Positions 9,249 through 19,016 of a stretch of 64,000 nucleotides of DNA are shown piece by piece. The stretch is taken from assembly GCA_030740155.1 (NCBI GenBank), contig JASLXV010000069.1:1-64000 (forward strand), in the 5' to 3' direction. The notes beneath the pieces are model-generated. The model was not told where the DNA came from and ran no database searches. It worked only from the letters and a program-made list of their open reading frames with translations. The position numbers and the translations under genes are program-made. This DNA is from Dehalococcoidia bacterium. GTDB lineage: Bacteria > Chloroflexota > Dehalococcoidia > Lucifugimonadales > UBA3495. Within the stretch, counting starts at the first letter, position 1; the number at the start of each line of letters is the position of its first letter.

Positions 9249-10445
9249 CTAGCGGCGCTCGAACACTGCGGCGACTCCCTGTCCACCACCGACGCACATG
9301 GTCTCCAACCCAAACTGGGCTTCCCGGCGCTCCATTTCGTGCAGCATAGTGGTCAATATGCGAGCCCCGGTGGCGGCGATGGGGTGGCCCAGGGAGATAC
9401 CGGAACCGTTCACGTTCAGATTGTCCTGGTTGGGCAGCTTCCATTCCCGCAGCACCGCCAGCACTTGGGCGGCGAAGGCCTCGTTCAGCTCGATGAGGTC
9501 CATATCCTCCAGGGACAGACCCACCTTATCCATCACCTTGGCCACCGCGGCGACCGGGCCGATGCCCATGTATGCCGGGTGGCAGCCGGTCGCGGCCCAG
9601 CCCCTCAGGAAGGCCATGGGCTTCAGGCCAAGCTCATCCAGCTTGTCGCCGGCCACCACGAGGCACACCGACGCGGCGTCGTTCTGGCTGCTGGCGTTGC
9701 CGGCCGTCACGGTGCCATCCTTCATAACCGGGCGCAACTTGGTCATGACTTCCATTGAGGTGTCAGCCCGAGGGCCTTCATCCTTGTCGAAGATGACGGG
9801 GTCGCCCCGGCGCTGGGGAATGGGCACGCCCACGATTTCATCGCTGAACTTGCCTTCGCTGACGGCGGCAACCGCCCGCTGGTGGCTCTGGAGGGCAAAC
9901 TCGTCCTGCTCCTGACGGGGGATCTCGTACTGTTTCGCCAGATTCTCCGCCGTCTCGATCATCCCGTCGATGAAGCCGAAACGCTCCTCGGGCTGGATGG
10001 TTGCCCGAGCCCGGACGAGCCTGTCGTGGAAGTTGAGCGACCCGAACCGCGCTCCCCACCGGGCCTCGTTTACATAAAACTCCACGTTACTCATGCTCTC
10101 AACGCCGCCGGCGATGACGACATCGGCGTTGTCCGTCTGGATCAGCATCGCGGCGTTGAGGATAGACTGCAAGCCCGAGGAACAACGGCGGTCCAGTTGA
10201 TAGCCGGGGACCTCGATGGGCAGTCCCGCCTTGAGGGAGGCAAGCCGGCCCATGGCCGGATTCTCGCCGCTGGGGTAGCCGTGGCCCAGAATCACATCGT
10301 CAACCTTGGCCGGGTCCAACCCGCTCCGGTCCAGCGCGGCTTTTATCACCAGGCTGGCCAGGTCGACGGCGGTAAGGCCTTTCAGGCTGCCGCCGAAGCT
10401 GCCCACGGGGGTACGCACGGGTGAAACTATGGCAACTTCTCGCAT
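9249..10445 (-). CDS. Acetyl-CoA C-acyltransferase (thiolase)
   Basis: RTPVG, DRRCSSG, ELNEAFA, GHPIAATG, MCVGGGQG. Confidence 0.95.
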   Translation of the reverse strand: MREVAIVSPVRTPVGSFGGSLKGLTAVDLASLVIKAALDRSGLDPAKVDDVILGHGYPSGENPAMGRLASLKAGLPIEVPGYQLDRRCSSGLQSILNAAMLIQTDNADVVIAGGVESMSNVEFYVNEARWGARFGSLNFHDRLVRARATIQPEERFGFIDGMIETAENLAKQYEIPRQEQDEFALQSHQRAVAAVSEGKFSDEIVGVPIPQRRGDPVIFDKDEGPRADTSMEVMTKLRPVMKDGTVTAGNASSQNDAASVCLVVAGDKLDELGLKPMAFLRGWAATGCHPAYMGIGPVAAVAKVMDKVGLSLEDMDLIELNEAFAAQVLAVLREWKLPNQDNLNVNGSGISLGHPIAATGARILTTMLHEMERREAQFGLETMCVGGGQGVAAVFERR

Positions 10446-10802
10446 GACTTACTCCTTCGTAAACTCGTGGTGGATGAGAACCGGCGGTTTACTCGAAACG
10501 CCAGAGATTATGATACCTTGTTGGGCCGGTGGTGTCGATTGTTAGGCCCGCCCATTCAATGACGCCTGGCCGGTCCACATCCAGCTCGACCTCCGCAGCG
10601 TTAAATTGGGAATACGTCCCAGGCTTAAATTGGGTATATTTGCACAATGGATCGAACGAGCTTACCCTGAATTTACCACTCAATACGGGGCCAACCAAGC
10701 TCCGCGGAGCCGAGAAAAGGCCTGCCACCGTGGATAGGGACGATACTAATTGGAGTGCGGCTGGCACGATGCCGCTCTCGCCGTGTCTGATGGAGGTGCG
10801 AG

Positions 10803-11415
10803 TTGATAGAGCAGACGGAGATGTTGCGGCTTCTGGAGAAGCGTCGCAGGGATGCCGTGGTGATGCCGGTATTCCGCACCGCGGCCCCTTGGTCCCGGAT
10901 AACCCGGAATCCGAAGCGGGATGTGCCCATGGGGACCAACGAATTTCCCTTCGCCATGAGCAAAGCATCGTCGTTTGCCCTGGGATTTTGCCCTGGCCCA
11001 ACCGTCGGTCAAAGTAATACTGTTCGACGGCGACGGCGGCTTGCTGATGAGTTTGGGCAGCCTGGTCACCATCGCCAACCAAGGGCCCAAGAACCTCTGC
11101 CATTTCGTCATGGACAACGGCGTTTACGCCACCACGGGAGGCCAGGAGATTCCGGGGCGCGACGCCAGTTCCTATAGGGCCCTGGCGAGAGTCGCCGGCT
11201 ACGCCCAGACCTACGAGTTTGACGACCTGGAGGAGTTCGCCGTCCGGATCGACGAGATTCTGAACCAGGACGGGCCGATATTTGTGTGCATCAAGACTGT
11301 TCCCGACATCTGCACCCCTGAAGAGCGCTCCTCGGGAGACCTAACCCAGCAGGTTCCAAAGCCCATTATCGATCTGCTGGAGCAGTTCGGGGCCAAGCAA
11401 GAACAGGACCGGTAG
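10803..11415 (+). pseudogene. TPP-binding protein (sulfopyruvate/phosphonopyruvate decarboxylase beta-subunit-like) with +1 frameshift at TTTT 10986-10989
   Basis: AMSKASSFALG(F) in ORF 10803 continues as ALAQP...DGDGGLLMSLG...MDNGVY in ORF 10975. Removing one T restores GFALAQP. Confidence 0.8.
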
Positions 11416-11567
11416 CCTAGCCGAACCCCCTCCATCGCTTGGGTCTACGAAACCTGTCACCGGAATGTTGGCAAACGTTGCGCGACCCCTCCCATCAAGG
11501 TAAGCTTGATCCGGCGATGGCCCGGCCGGCCTCACCTCTATCGGCCAGCAGTCGCGCTTGATGCCCA

Positions 11568-11592
11568 GCCCGCACCGGAGCGGGCCTTTTTT
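11568..11592 (+). terminator. Intrinsic terminator-like hairpin in the MFS leader
   Basis: GCCCGC-ACCGGA-GCGGGC-CTTTTTT directly before the GGAGAGGAG RBS. Confidence 0.7.
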
Positions 11593-11603
11593 CGGAGAGG
11601 AGA

Positions 11604-12932
11604 TTGGCTCACGTAGAGTCTGACACCGGCAAGGGCCGGAGTTCTGGAATATTCTATGGCTGGTGGGTGGTGGCGGCCTCCTCCGCCATGGTCTTTTTCG
11701 CCAGCGGGATTTTCTTCCGGGGCTTCGCCGTCTTTTTCAGGCCGGTCCGGGATCACCTGGACCTGAGCGACGCCCAGACCGCCCTGGTGTTCTCCGTCGC
11801 CAGGGCCGAGGGAGGCCTGGAAGGGCCGGCGGCGGGTTGGGCCATCGACCGCTTCGGCAACCGAAAACTGCTGGTGGCCGGCGTCATCCTCGCCGCCGCC
11901 GGCTACCTTATTTTCTCCCGGTTCGTCAACAGCTTCTGGAGCTTTGGGCTCGTCTACCTGGGCATGATCTCCCTGGGCAACACCTTCGCCTTCCAACACG
12001 CCATGTTCGCGGGGATGAATAACTGGTTCCGCCGCCGGCGCTCCCTGGCAATTTCGACGATGGCGGCTGTCTCATCCCTGGGTGGGCTGGTGCTGGTGCC
12101 CCTGGTCTCCCTGATCATCTTGAATATCGGCTGGCAGTGGGCGGTCCTCGCCGCCGGCTTGGCGTATCTGTTTGGCATCCTGCCTCTAACGTTGATCTTT
12201 CGCAACCGGCCGGAGGACATGGGGTTGCTCCCCGACGGTGACGCCACGCCTCCGATGGTGGCCGTCAGCGGACCGGGCCGGCCGGGACGTTACGCCGAAA
12301 TCCGGGACTACACGGTACCCGAAGCCGTCCGCACCCAGGCTTTCTGGATGCTGCTCCTGGGCGCCGGGCTGAAACAGGTTGCCACCATGGGTATCCAGGT
12401 AAACATCGTCCCCATCCTGGTGGAGAGCAAGGGAGTCGGCGATCAGACCGCCGCCAATCTCCTCGGCCTGATGTTCGGCATCAACTTTGTCGCGCGTCTC
12501 GTGATGGGGTACCTGGGGGACCGGTGGTCCAAGGCCCGGATTCTGGCCGCGACGCTGGCCCTGGAGAGCGTGGCGTTCCTGTGCCTCTTGATGGGCTCCT
12601 GGGATGGTCCGGGGATTTCCCTGGTGATGCTGTTTATTCTGCTGGAAGGATTGGGGGACGGCGCCGGGGTCATCATCTGGGCGGCCCTGGGCGAGTTCTA
12701 CGGCCGGGACCGGTTCGCCAGCCTGCGCGGCATCATTACCTTTTCCCATAGCTGGGCCCAGGTGGGATCGCCCCTGTTCACCGGCTGGGTGAAGGACCGG
12801 TACGGTACCCACAGTCCGGCCCTGATAGCTGCGATAGTCATCGCCGCCGCGGCCAGTGTGTGCTTCCTGATGATTCAGAAACCACCCCAGCTCACCTGGG
12901 ACCCGGCCAAGGTGGCAGAGAACGCCGGCTAG
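11604..12932 (+). CDS. MFS transporter
   Basis: IFYGWWVV start, GWAIDRFGNR motif A, about 12 TM segments. Confidence 0.92.
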   Translation: MAHVESDTGKGRSSGIFYGWWVVAASSAMVFFASGIFFRGFAVFFRPVRDHLDLSDAQTALVFSVARAEGGLEGPAAGWAIDRFGNRKLLVAGVILAAAGYLIFSRFVNSFWSFGLVYLGMISLGNTFAFQHAMFAGMNNWFRRRRSLAISTMAAVSSLGGLVLVPLVSLIILNIGWQWAVLAAGLAYLFGILPLTLIFRNRPEDMGLLPDGDATPPMVAVSGPGRPGRYAEIRDYTVPEAVRTQAFWMLLLGAGLKQVATMGIQVNIVPILVESKGVGDQTAANLLGLMFGINFVARLVMGYLGDRWSKARILAATLALESVAFLCLLMGSWDGPGISLVMLFILLEGLGDGAGVIIWAALGEFYGRDRFASLRGIITFSHSWAQVGSPLFTGWVKDRYGTHSPALIAAIVIAAAASVCFLMIQKPPQLTWDPAKVAENAG

Positions 12933-13108
12933 TACATCGGCAAGAATAAGATTCGGCGAGGGCCATCACCCCGAGAAATGGCGCTCACCACTCTACGGGA
13001 CGGACTCAGCGAACCCCGCGGGCGACGCGATTTTTTCACCTGCCGGTGGCGCCCCACCGGGCCTGGCAACTCGGAATGACATCTTTCCACAACCATGCTG
13101 ACTGAGCC

Positions 13109-13330
13109 CTAGTAGTGTATCGCCCGGCCCACCCCACCTCCGGCGGCGATTGCGTCTCCGTTGATCGCCCCAGACTTGGGTGAGGTCAAGAAGGCGACAA
13201 TGTAGGCAATATCACGGGCATCGATAACCCGGCGCACCGAGTTGCCTGCCGCCATTCGACGCTCCACCTCGGCGTTGGATACGCCCTGCCTGCTGGCCTG
13301 GTCCGCCACCATCCCTGCGGTAATCTCAGA
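13109..13330 (-). pseudogene. C-terminal remnant of an SDR gene
   Basis: RRVIDARDIAYIVAFLTSPKSGAINGDAIAAGGG resembles an SDR C-terminus. No Rossmann N-terminus upstream. Confidence 0.6.
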
Positions 13331-13504
13331 CAGTTCCGGCGCCGGCCAGCCGCCAAGGGCCCGGACCCTGCCGATCCTCGCCCTCGGATAGGGGTATTTC
13401 ACCCAGCGTAATCAGGGGGTATCCGCCCTGCAAGCGAACGGTCTTCCGGAGTAACGTTTAAGTAATGCCCATGAAGAACGTATGAATCACCTTGGAGACA
13501 GACG

Positions 13505-13696
13505 ATGCTAATCCAGCAACCCCTCTTGAACACGTGCTGCCACCATTGGGACATTCAGACGGCCAACGGCCCGGTCAGCATGGGAGTATGCCGAAACTGC
13601 AGTGAGTCGAGAGAGTTCAAGAACTCCACGGACGACTGGGCCTTCATTGATCCCCGCCGCGACCAGAACAACTTGGATTCTTCACCCGAAGAGTAG
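13505..13696 (+). CDS. Small putative zinc-ribbon protein (63 aa)
   Basis: CCHHW...GVCRNC...REFKN; GGAG RBS. A 13-bp hairpin follows at 13722-13758. Confidence 0.65.
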   Translation: MLIQQPLLNTCCHHWDIQTANGPVSMGVCRNCSESREFKNSTDDWAFIDPRRDQNNLDSSPEE

Positions 13697-14302
13697 CGGC
13701 CAAGCGGGCTCGGCCCTCGCGCGGAGGGTTCGATACGGAAGCTAGATCGAGCCCTCCGATCGTGGCGTCGCGGCCTGCCGTCCCGCGTGTGGTGACGCCG
13801 GACGGCAGGCGCGGGTTCTTCCGCCTGTCTAAAGACCCCACCACCACCATTTCCGCCACAATTCTGAGACCCGTCGCTACCCTCCCGCGCACTTAGACCC
13901 CGATTCTTACATCCGCCGCGAATCTCAACCCTGCTGCGTCTGCCGCCGCCACTGCCTCAACCTTGCCCCGGTAGACCCCCATCCCTGCGTTTTCTCACAA
14001 TCCAACGGTCGCGCATCTCCGAGGCGGCATCGTCGTCGGTACCTTCGACTCGGCTTGATAGGCGTTTTCGGGCGTGTCGCCCGGGGATGCCACGGGGGCA
14101 CCGTTCCCTGATTCCCTCATGCCGGCCCCGGGGAGCTGACCCATTCCGCCGGGGAGATCGGCAAAGACCGGATCAATCAAGGCTACCACTAAGCCGGTAT
14201 CTGAATTAACATGGGTAGGAGCTTTCGCTGTCGACAATCCGCGGAGAGTCAGTCGACAGTACACAGTTGATTAACACCGGCCCAAGGAGAACTGACCGGC
14301 AC

Positions 14303-16177
14303 ATGCCTCTCGTTTCGACCTCAGATGTGGGGATCACCTTTGGCGTTGACGTGATATTCGGGAACTTGAACCTGGAAATCCACGAACGGGCGCGCATCGG
14401 TATCGTCGGCCCCAATGGCGGCGGCAAAACCTCTCTACTCAAGATTCTAGTCGGGGAACTCGAGCCCAGCGCCGGCACGGTGCAGTTGGCCCGGGGAATC
14501 CGGGTCGGCTATGTTCCCCAGTCCCCGGAGACCACCACCAGCGGCTCCCTGAAAGACGAGATCATGACCGCATTCGACCGGGTGCGCCAGTTGGAACACG
14601 AGCTGGAAGCCGGGGGACGGCAGCTTGGCCGGACGGATACGGGCCAGGAGGACCAAGCGGGGAGACATTATACCGCGCTGCTGGATGAATTTGAGTCGCT
14701 GGGCGGTTACACCTACGAGAACAGGATGGACCGGATGGTGGAGGGCCTGGGCCTCTCCAGGCGGGCCTTGCAGACACCGGCGGCGCGGGCCAGCGGAGGG
14801 GAGCGAGCCCGGGCCGCTTTGGCCCAAGCCCTGCTTGGTGAACCCAACCTGCTGGTATTGGATGAGCCGACCAACCACCTGGACCTGAAAGGACTGATCT
14901 GGCTCGAGCGCTATCTAGCACACTTTCAGTGCGCCTTCGTGGTGGTCTCCCACGACCGGTATTTCCTAGACCGGACGGTCAGCCAGGTGTGGGAGTTGGA
15001 CTTTGGAAGGATTCAATCCTTCACCGGCGACTATTCCAAATACCGGGCACTGAAGGCGGAGCTGCTGCTGACTCAACAGCGGGAGTACGTAAAACAGCAG
15101 GAATACATAGCCAAGGAAGAGGCGTTTATCCAGCGCTACCGTGCGGGCCAAAAAGCCCGGCAGGCCCGGGGCCGGGAGACCCGGCTGCGCCGGCTGAGCA
15201 AAGTGGAGAGGCCGGAGACAGACCGGGCGATTGCCCTATCCAGTTTGACCGCCAAGCGATCGGACCAAATGGTCTTGAGCACCCGTGGGCTGACGGTGGG
15301 ATTCCCCGGGGATCGAGCACCCACTGAGCTGCTTTCGGTTCCGGATATGAAACTGGAGCGCGGCTCTCGCACTGCCGTCATCGGAGCCAACGGAACCGGT
15401 AAGACAACCCTCCTCAGGACCCTCCTCGGTCTGACGCCGCCGGTCCGGGGCCAGGTAGCCTTGAGCGGCAAGCTGGCGGTGGGATACCATCGGCAGGGGC
15501 TGGATGACCTCGACGCGGACTCCACGGTCCTTGAATCCCTCCTGGAAGCCAAAGAGATGCCCCCCGGAGAGACGCGGTCTTATCTAGCCCGCTTCCTGTT
15601 TATGGGCGAAGACGTATTCCGGCTGGTCGGCGCCTGTAGCGGTGGCGAGCGCAGCAGGCTGGCCCTCGCCCGGCTCTTGGTCACAGAGCCCAATCTACTC
15701 ATCCTGGACGAACCTACCACCCACCTCGATATCCCCAGCCGTGAGGCGCTAGAACAGGTGCTCTTAGCCTTCCAAGGCACGCTGCTGTTTGTCTCCCATG
15801 ACCGGCAATTCGCCTCGCTGCTGGCTCAGGAGCTGTGGGTGGTCGACCAGGGAGCGGTCCATCGGTTCGCCGGCACCCTTGAGTCGTGGTTGCAAAGCAC
15901 CAGGGAAACCCCGGAGGAGCCGGTGACTCCACAGAAGCTCAAGGGGAAGCTCAAGATCACCAGGCGGCCGGCCCACGCCAATAAACCGCCATCTCCAGCG
16001 CTCGACGAGCACTTGATTCGGATCATCGACGGCCTCGAAAACCGCCTGATAGAGATCCAACTGGAGCTGGAGGAAGCCTCGGAGCAACGCGACCTGGAGG
16101 CGATTGCCCGTATTGGCGAGGAGTATGTCAGCACCAAAGCGCAGCTAGACGAGAGGTTGGTGCAGTGGGGCGGCTAG
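14303..16177 (+). CDS. ABC-F family ATP-binding protein
   Basis: Two ABC domains (GPNGGGKT, SGGE, LDEPTNHLD; GANGTGKT, SGGE, LDEPTTHLD), a linker, a coiled-coil tail and no TM segments. Confidence 0.93.
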   Translation: MPLVSTSDVGITFGVDVIFGNLNLEIHERARIGIVGPNGGGKTSLLKILVGELEPSAGTVQLARGIRVGYVPQSPETTTSGSLKDEIMTAFDRVRQLEHELEAGGRQLGRTDTGQEDQAGRHYTALLDEFESLGGYTYENRMDRMVEGLGLSRRALQTPAARASGGERARAALAQALLGEPNLLVLDEPTNHLDLKGLIWLERYLAHFQCAFVVVSHDRYFLDRTVSQVWELDFGRIQSFTGDYSKYRALKAELLLTQQREYVKQQEYIAKEEAFIQRYRAGQKARQARGRETRLRRLSKVERPETDRAIALSSLTAKRSDQMVLSTRGLTVGFPGDRAPTELLSVPDMKLERGSRTAVIGANGTGKTTLLRTLLGLTPPVRGQVALSGKLAVGYHRQGLDDLDADSTVLESLLEAKEMPPGETRSYLARFLFMGEDVFRLVGACSGGERSRLALARLLVTEPNLLILDEPTTHLDIPSREALEQVLLAFQGTLLFVSHDRQFASLLAQELWVVDQGAVHRFAGTLESWLQSTRETPEEPVTPQKLKGKLKITRRPAHANKPPSPALDEHLIRIIDGLENRLIEIQLELEEASEQRDLEAIARIGEEYVSTKAQLDERLVQWGG

Positions 16178-16303
16178 GCCGCCACCCATCCCCTGTGCCA
16201 AACCTCCCAAGTATCTAGCTCCGAGGCGTTCTGCCCGATACCCTCGGGGTTACCCTCAACCCCACCCTCTTCTTGGGCTGCTGGGTTTTCTGAGTTCAAG
16301 CGT

Positions 16304-17431
16304 TCATTTTTTCAGGCTTTCCAGCAGATCTACGATCTTCTCCTTGATATCTTTACCACCCTCTTTCGCCCTCTGCTCCTCCCAGGCCTTCGCGTCAGCA
16401 TCGGCACGCGCCAATCGCTCCGGCTCCCTCCACTCTTGATGGAGCGCTCTCTGCCACGCTGCCTTATCATCCCTGGCAGCGGCTCTGGCGAGCGCTTCAA
16501 GGAGGATCGTGGGCACCTCCGCCCCCTCCGACACCAGCTTCGTCGCCAGGGCGAACAAAGCCACGGGGGTTCGAGCCATGCCCCTTCCTTGGTATCTCAT
16601 CGCGTGCCCGTCCACCGCAAGGTCTCGCCAGTACTGGGCATACGGGGTACGGTTCGCCTCATAAGCCGCCGTGTAACCCTGGCAGTCCAGCGTCTGCAGA
16701 TAGGCCTGCTTGACCCGCTGCAGGTGGGTTGGGACCTCGCTGGCAACTCTTTCCGCATAGGCCAGCGTCTCCCTCTCCAGGGTTTCATAGTCGGGGAAGA
16801 CACGGTTGATCAAGCCGCTTTCTAGGGCTTCGCGGGCGGTCATGAACCGGTTCTCATAGGCAAGCTCGAGGGTCTTGCGCGGGCCCAGGTCCCAATCTCC
16901 TCTGCTGCTGGAGCCCAGGAATAAGGCGTCCTCGGAAGCGAATATAACATCCAAGCCCGTGGCGTGGAGAAATGCCCCATAAATACAATAGCTGTGCACC
17001 ATGCCAATGGTCGGTTTTGGGGTGCGGGGCAGTTTTTGGTGGAGCCACCAAGAAACATAGTAGTCGTGCTCAATGTTGTATTGGTGCCATAGCGCGCGTT
17101 CGGTGCCGAACCGTTCGATTAGCTGCGGGGCCGTTTCGTCGGTTACCAAGCAGGGAGCCGACTCCGGCGTCAGCCCATTGGTATCGTCTCCGCAGGAGAA
17201 ACAACGGCCTTCTCCGGAAACGACGATCACCCGGCACTGGGGATCCTGGCAGGCACGGTCGTACGCATCCTCTAGCTCGCCGAACATGGCATGGCTTTGA
17301 GCGTTCAGGTATCGTGGCCTAGCCATCTTGATTCTAACCACCTTGCCTGGCTCATACTTGATACGCTTGTACTCCTGGTACGGCACCATTGGGTTTCTAA
17401 AGAATCTCTCTTCTGTAGGAAAGTGGGGCAT
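16304..17431 (-). CDS. Divergent enoyl-CoA hydratase/isomerase family protein with C-terminal extension
   Basis: RPRYLNAQS, SGEGRCFSCGDD, PKPTIGMVHSYC, TAREALESGLINRV. Confidence 0.8.
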   Translation of the reverse strand: MPHFPTEERFFRNPMVPYQEYKRIKYEPGKVVRIKMARPRYLNAQSHAMFGELEDAYDRACQDPQCRVIVVSGEGRCFSCGDDTNGLTPESAPCLVTDETAPQLIERFGTERALWHQYNIEHDYYVSWWLHQKLPRTPKPTIGMVHSYCIYGAFLHATGLDVIFASEDALFLGSSSRGDWDLGPRKTLELAYENRFMTAREALESGLINRVFPDYETLERETLAYAERVASEVPTHLQRVKQAYLQTLDCQGYTAAYEANRTPYAQYWRDLAVDGHAMRYQGRGMARTPVALFALATKLVSEGAEVPTILLEALARAAARDDKAAWQRALHQEWREPERLARADADAKAWEEQRAKEGGKDIKEKIVDLLESLKK

Positions 17432-17889
17432 AATTTCCCTCCATCTCTTCGTTTTCAGCCGGGATTCCCCATTCTGATCTGCCTGGGCGCAGGTAGGCCT
17501 CTATCCTTGACAGGACCATAGTAGTGTCACCCACGAACGCCGTCAACCATTCGGTCGAACTCGCTAAACCATCTCAATGCGTTGGGAGTCAGCGATCGGC
17601 GGGCGGCGGAGTTGGCTTTCACCGAGTGTTGCGCTCCCCCTGGACTGCTCCGGGGGCCACCGCCATCGCCGGTTCGCCTCCGGTCAGTCTTCAAGCCGGG
17701 CTGCGTCACCCGGTAGCACCAGAGCTATAGACCGCTGGCGTGGACTCTGTCCCTCCCCCTTGACACCCACAATACCGGTCGATGAAAATCCTCTCATGGA
17801 ATGCCCGTGCCCCCCAAGGGCCGGAGTCCGTTCCACGGAACCAACCCTCCGTAAGTTGGGCAAATTGCTGGGCGCCGCCTCGAGGTCGA

Positions 17890-18597
17890 ATGGCTCGTTC
17901 TGAACCTCTGGTTCTGGTGGTCGAAGACGACCCTCCGATGCTGCGGTTCATCAGCCGCACCCTCGAGGTCAACGACTTGACGGTAGCGGTCGCCGCGGAT
18001 GGGCCGATGGCGCTGCAGATGTTTCGGGCCAAGAGGCCGGATCTGGTGGTGTTGGATATTGGCATCCCTGGTCTGGACGGGCTGGAAGTGTGCCGCCTCA
18101 TGAAGCGCATCCACCAGACGCCTGTCATCATGGTGACCGCCAGAGGCACCGACGAAGACGTGGTGCACGGCTTTGAGGTGGGAGCGGAGGACTATCTGGC
18201 CAAGCCTTTCGCCGGAAGCGTGCTGGTGGCTCGGGTCAAGGCGCTCCTTCGGCGCGCCCAGGTGTGGGATGGTCTTCCCGGAGACCTGATGGAGTGTGGC
18301 GACCTCGTGGTGGACTTCTCGGCCCGGCGCATCACCCGGGGCGGACATATCGTTCACCTCACCCCCACCGAATACAAGCTGCTGACCGTGCTATCCCGGC
18401 ATCGTGGCCGGGTCCTCACGTCCAACCAGATCATCACCGACGTTTGGGGGGAGCCCCTTCAGGGCGACGCCCAGGCGTTGCGCACCCACATAGGCCGATT
18501 GCGCAAGAAGATCGAGCCCGATCGCGGCCGCCCGGTTCACGTCCGTACCGAGCCCGGAGTGGGCTACTGGCTGAGCTGTCCTCACCCTGAACGTTAG
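17890..18597 (+). CDS. OmpR/KdpE-type response regulator
   Basis: VLVVEDD, VVLDIGIPG, YLAKPF, winged helix LTPTEYKLL...TEPGVGY. Confidence 0.92.
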   Translation: MARSEPLVLVVEDDPPMLRFISRTLEVNDLTVAVAADGPMALQMFRAKRPDLVVLDIGIPGLDGLEVCRLMKRIHQTPVIMVTARGTDEDVVHGFEVGAEDYLAKPFAGSVLVARVKALLRRAQVWDGLPGDLMECGDLVVDFSARRITRGGHIVHLTPTEYKLLTVLSRHRGRVLTSNQIITDVWGEPLQGDAQALRTHIGRLRKKIEPDRGRPVHVRTEPGVGYWLSCPHPER

Positions 18598-19016
18598 GGC
18601 TTTCCCAGGGCAGGCATTCTCCGGTTGCTCGCGGAGTACTCGGCCGGTGCCCATTCAAGTTGAAACCGGCGGATAAGAGTACATCCACAACCTGACCTTC
18701 CCCCCAGCGAAGCAGGAAAGCAAAGTTGGGCGTTTGGCCGTCTTCGCCAAAACCGCCAACCTTGGGTCAAGGGTCGAGATCGTGGTCCGACTCTCCCCAT
18801 CACGCGCCCAAAGGCTCTTGCCCCTGTTTGTTATACTCGATATTAGCTTTCGATGCTGTTGACGTGGCGTCCGCGGGGCATTCCTCGCTGCCTGAAGCTG
18901 CAGCAGGTGCTGCGTGGTCGCCAATTCCACGCAGTCTGCAAGCCGGCCCGTGGCCCCGACCCATCTCGCAACCGGCCAGCTTGTAGTCACGGCGCAACCA
19001 CCGCCAGGGAGTTTCC

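Noticed and set aside
10489..11103. ORFs 10529..11017 and 10489..11103 as the missing TPP alpha subunit
   Set aside because: No PYR-domain motifs, and they overlap the real gene and its promoter-like region.
11513..11570. Fluoride riboswitch (GGCGATG start, TGATG near the end)
   Set aside because: The P1 and pseudoknot pairings do not fit by eye. Kept only as a generic attenuator candidate.
13760..14290. Pro/Thr-rich reading or small ORFs upstream of the ABC-F gene
   Set aside because: Multiple stops and no recognisable family, so no call can be supported.
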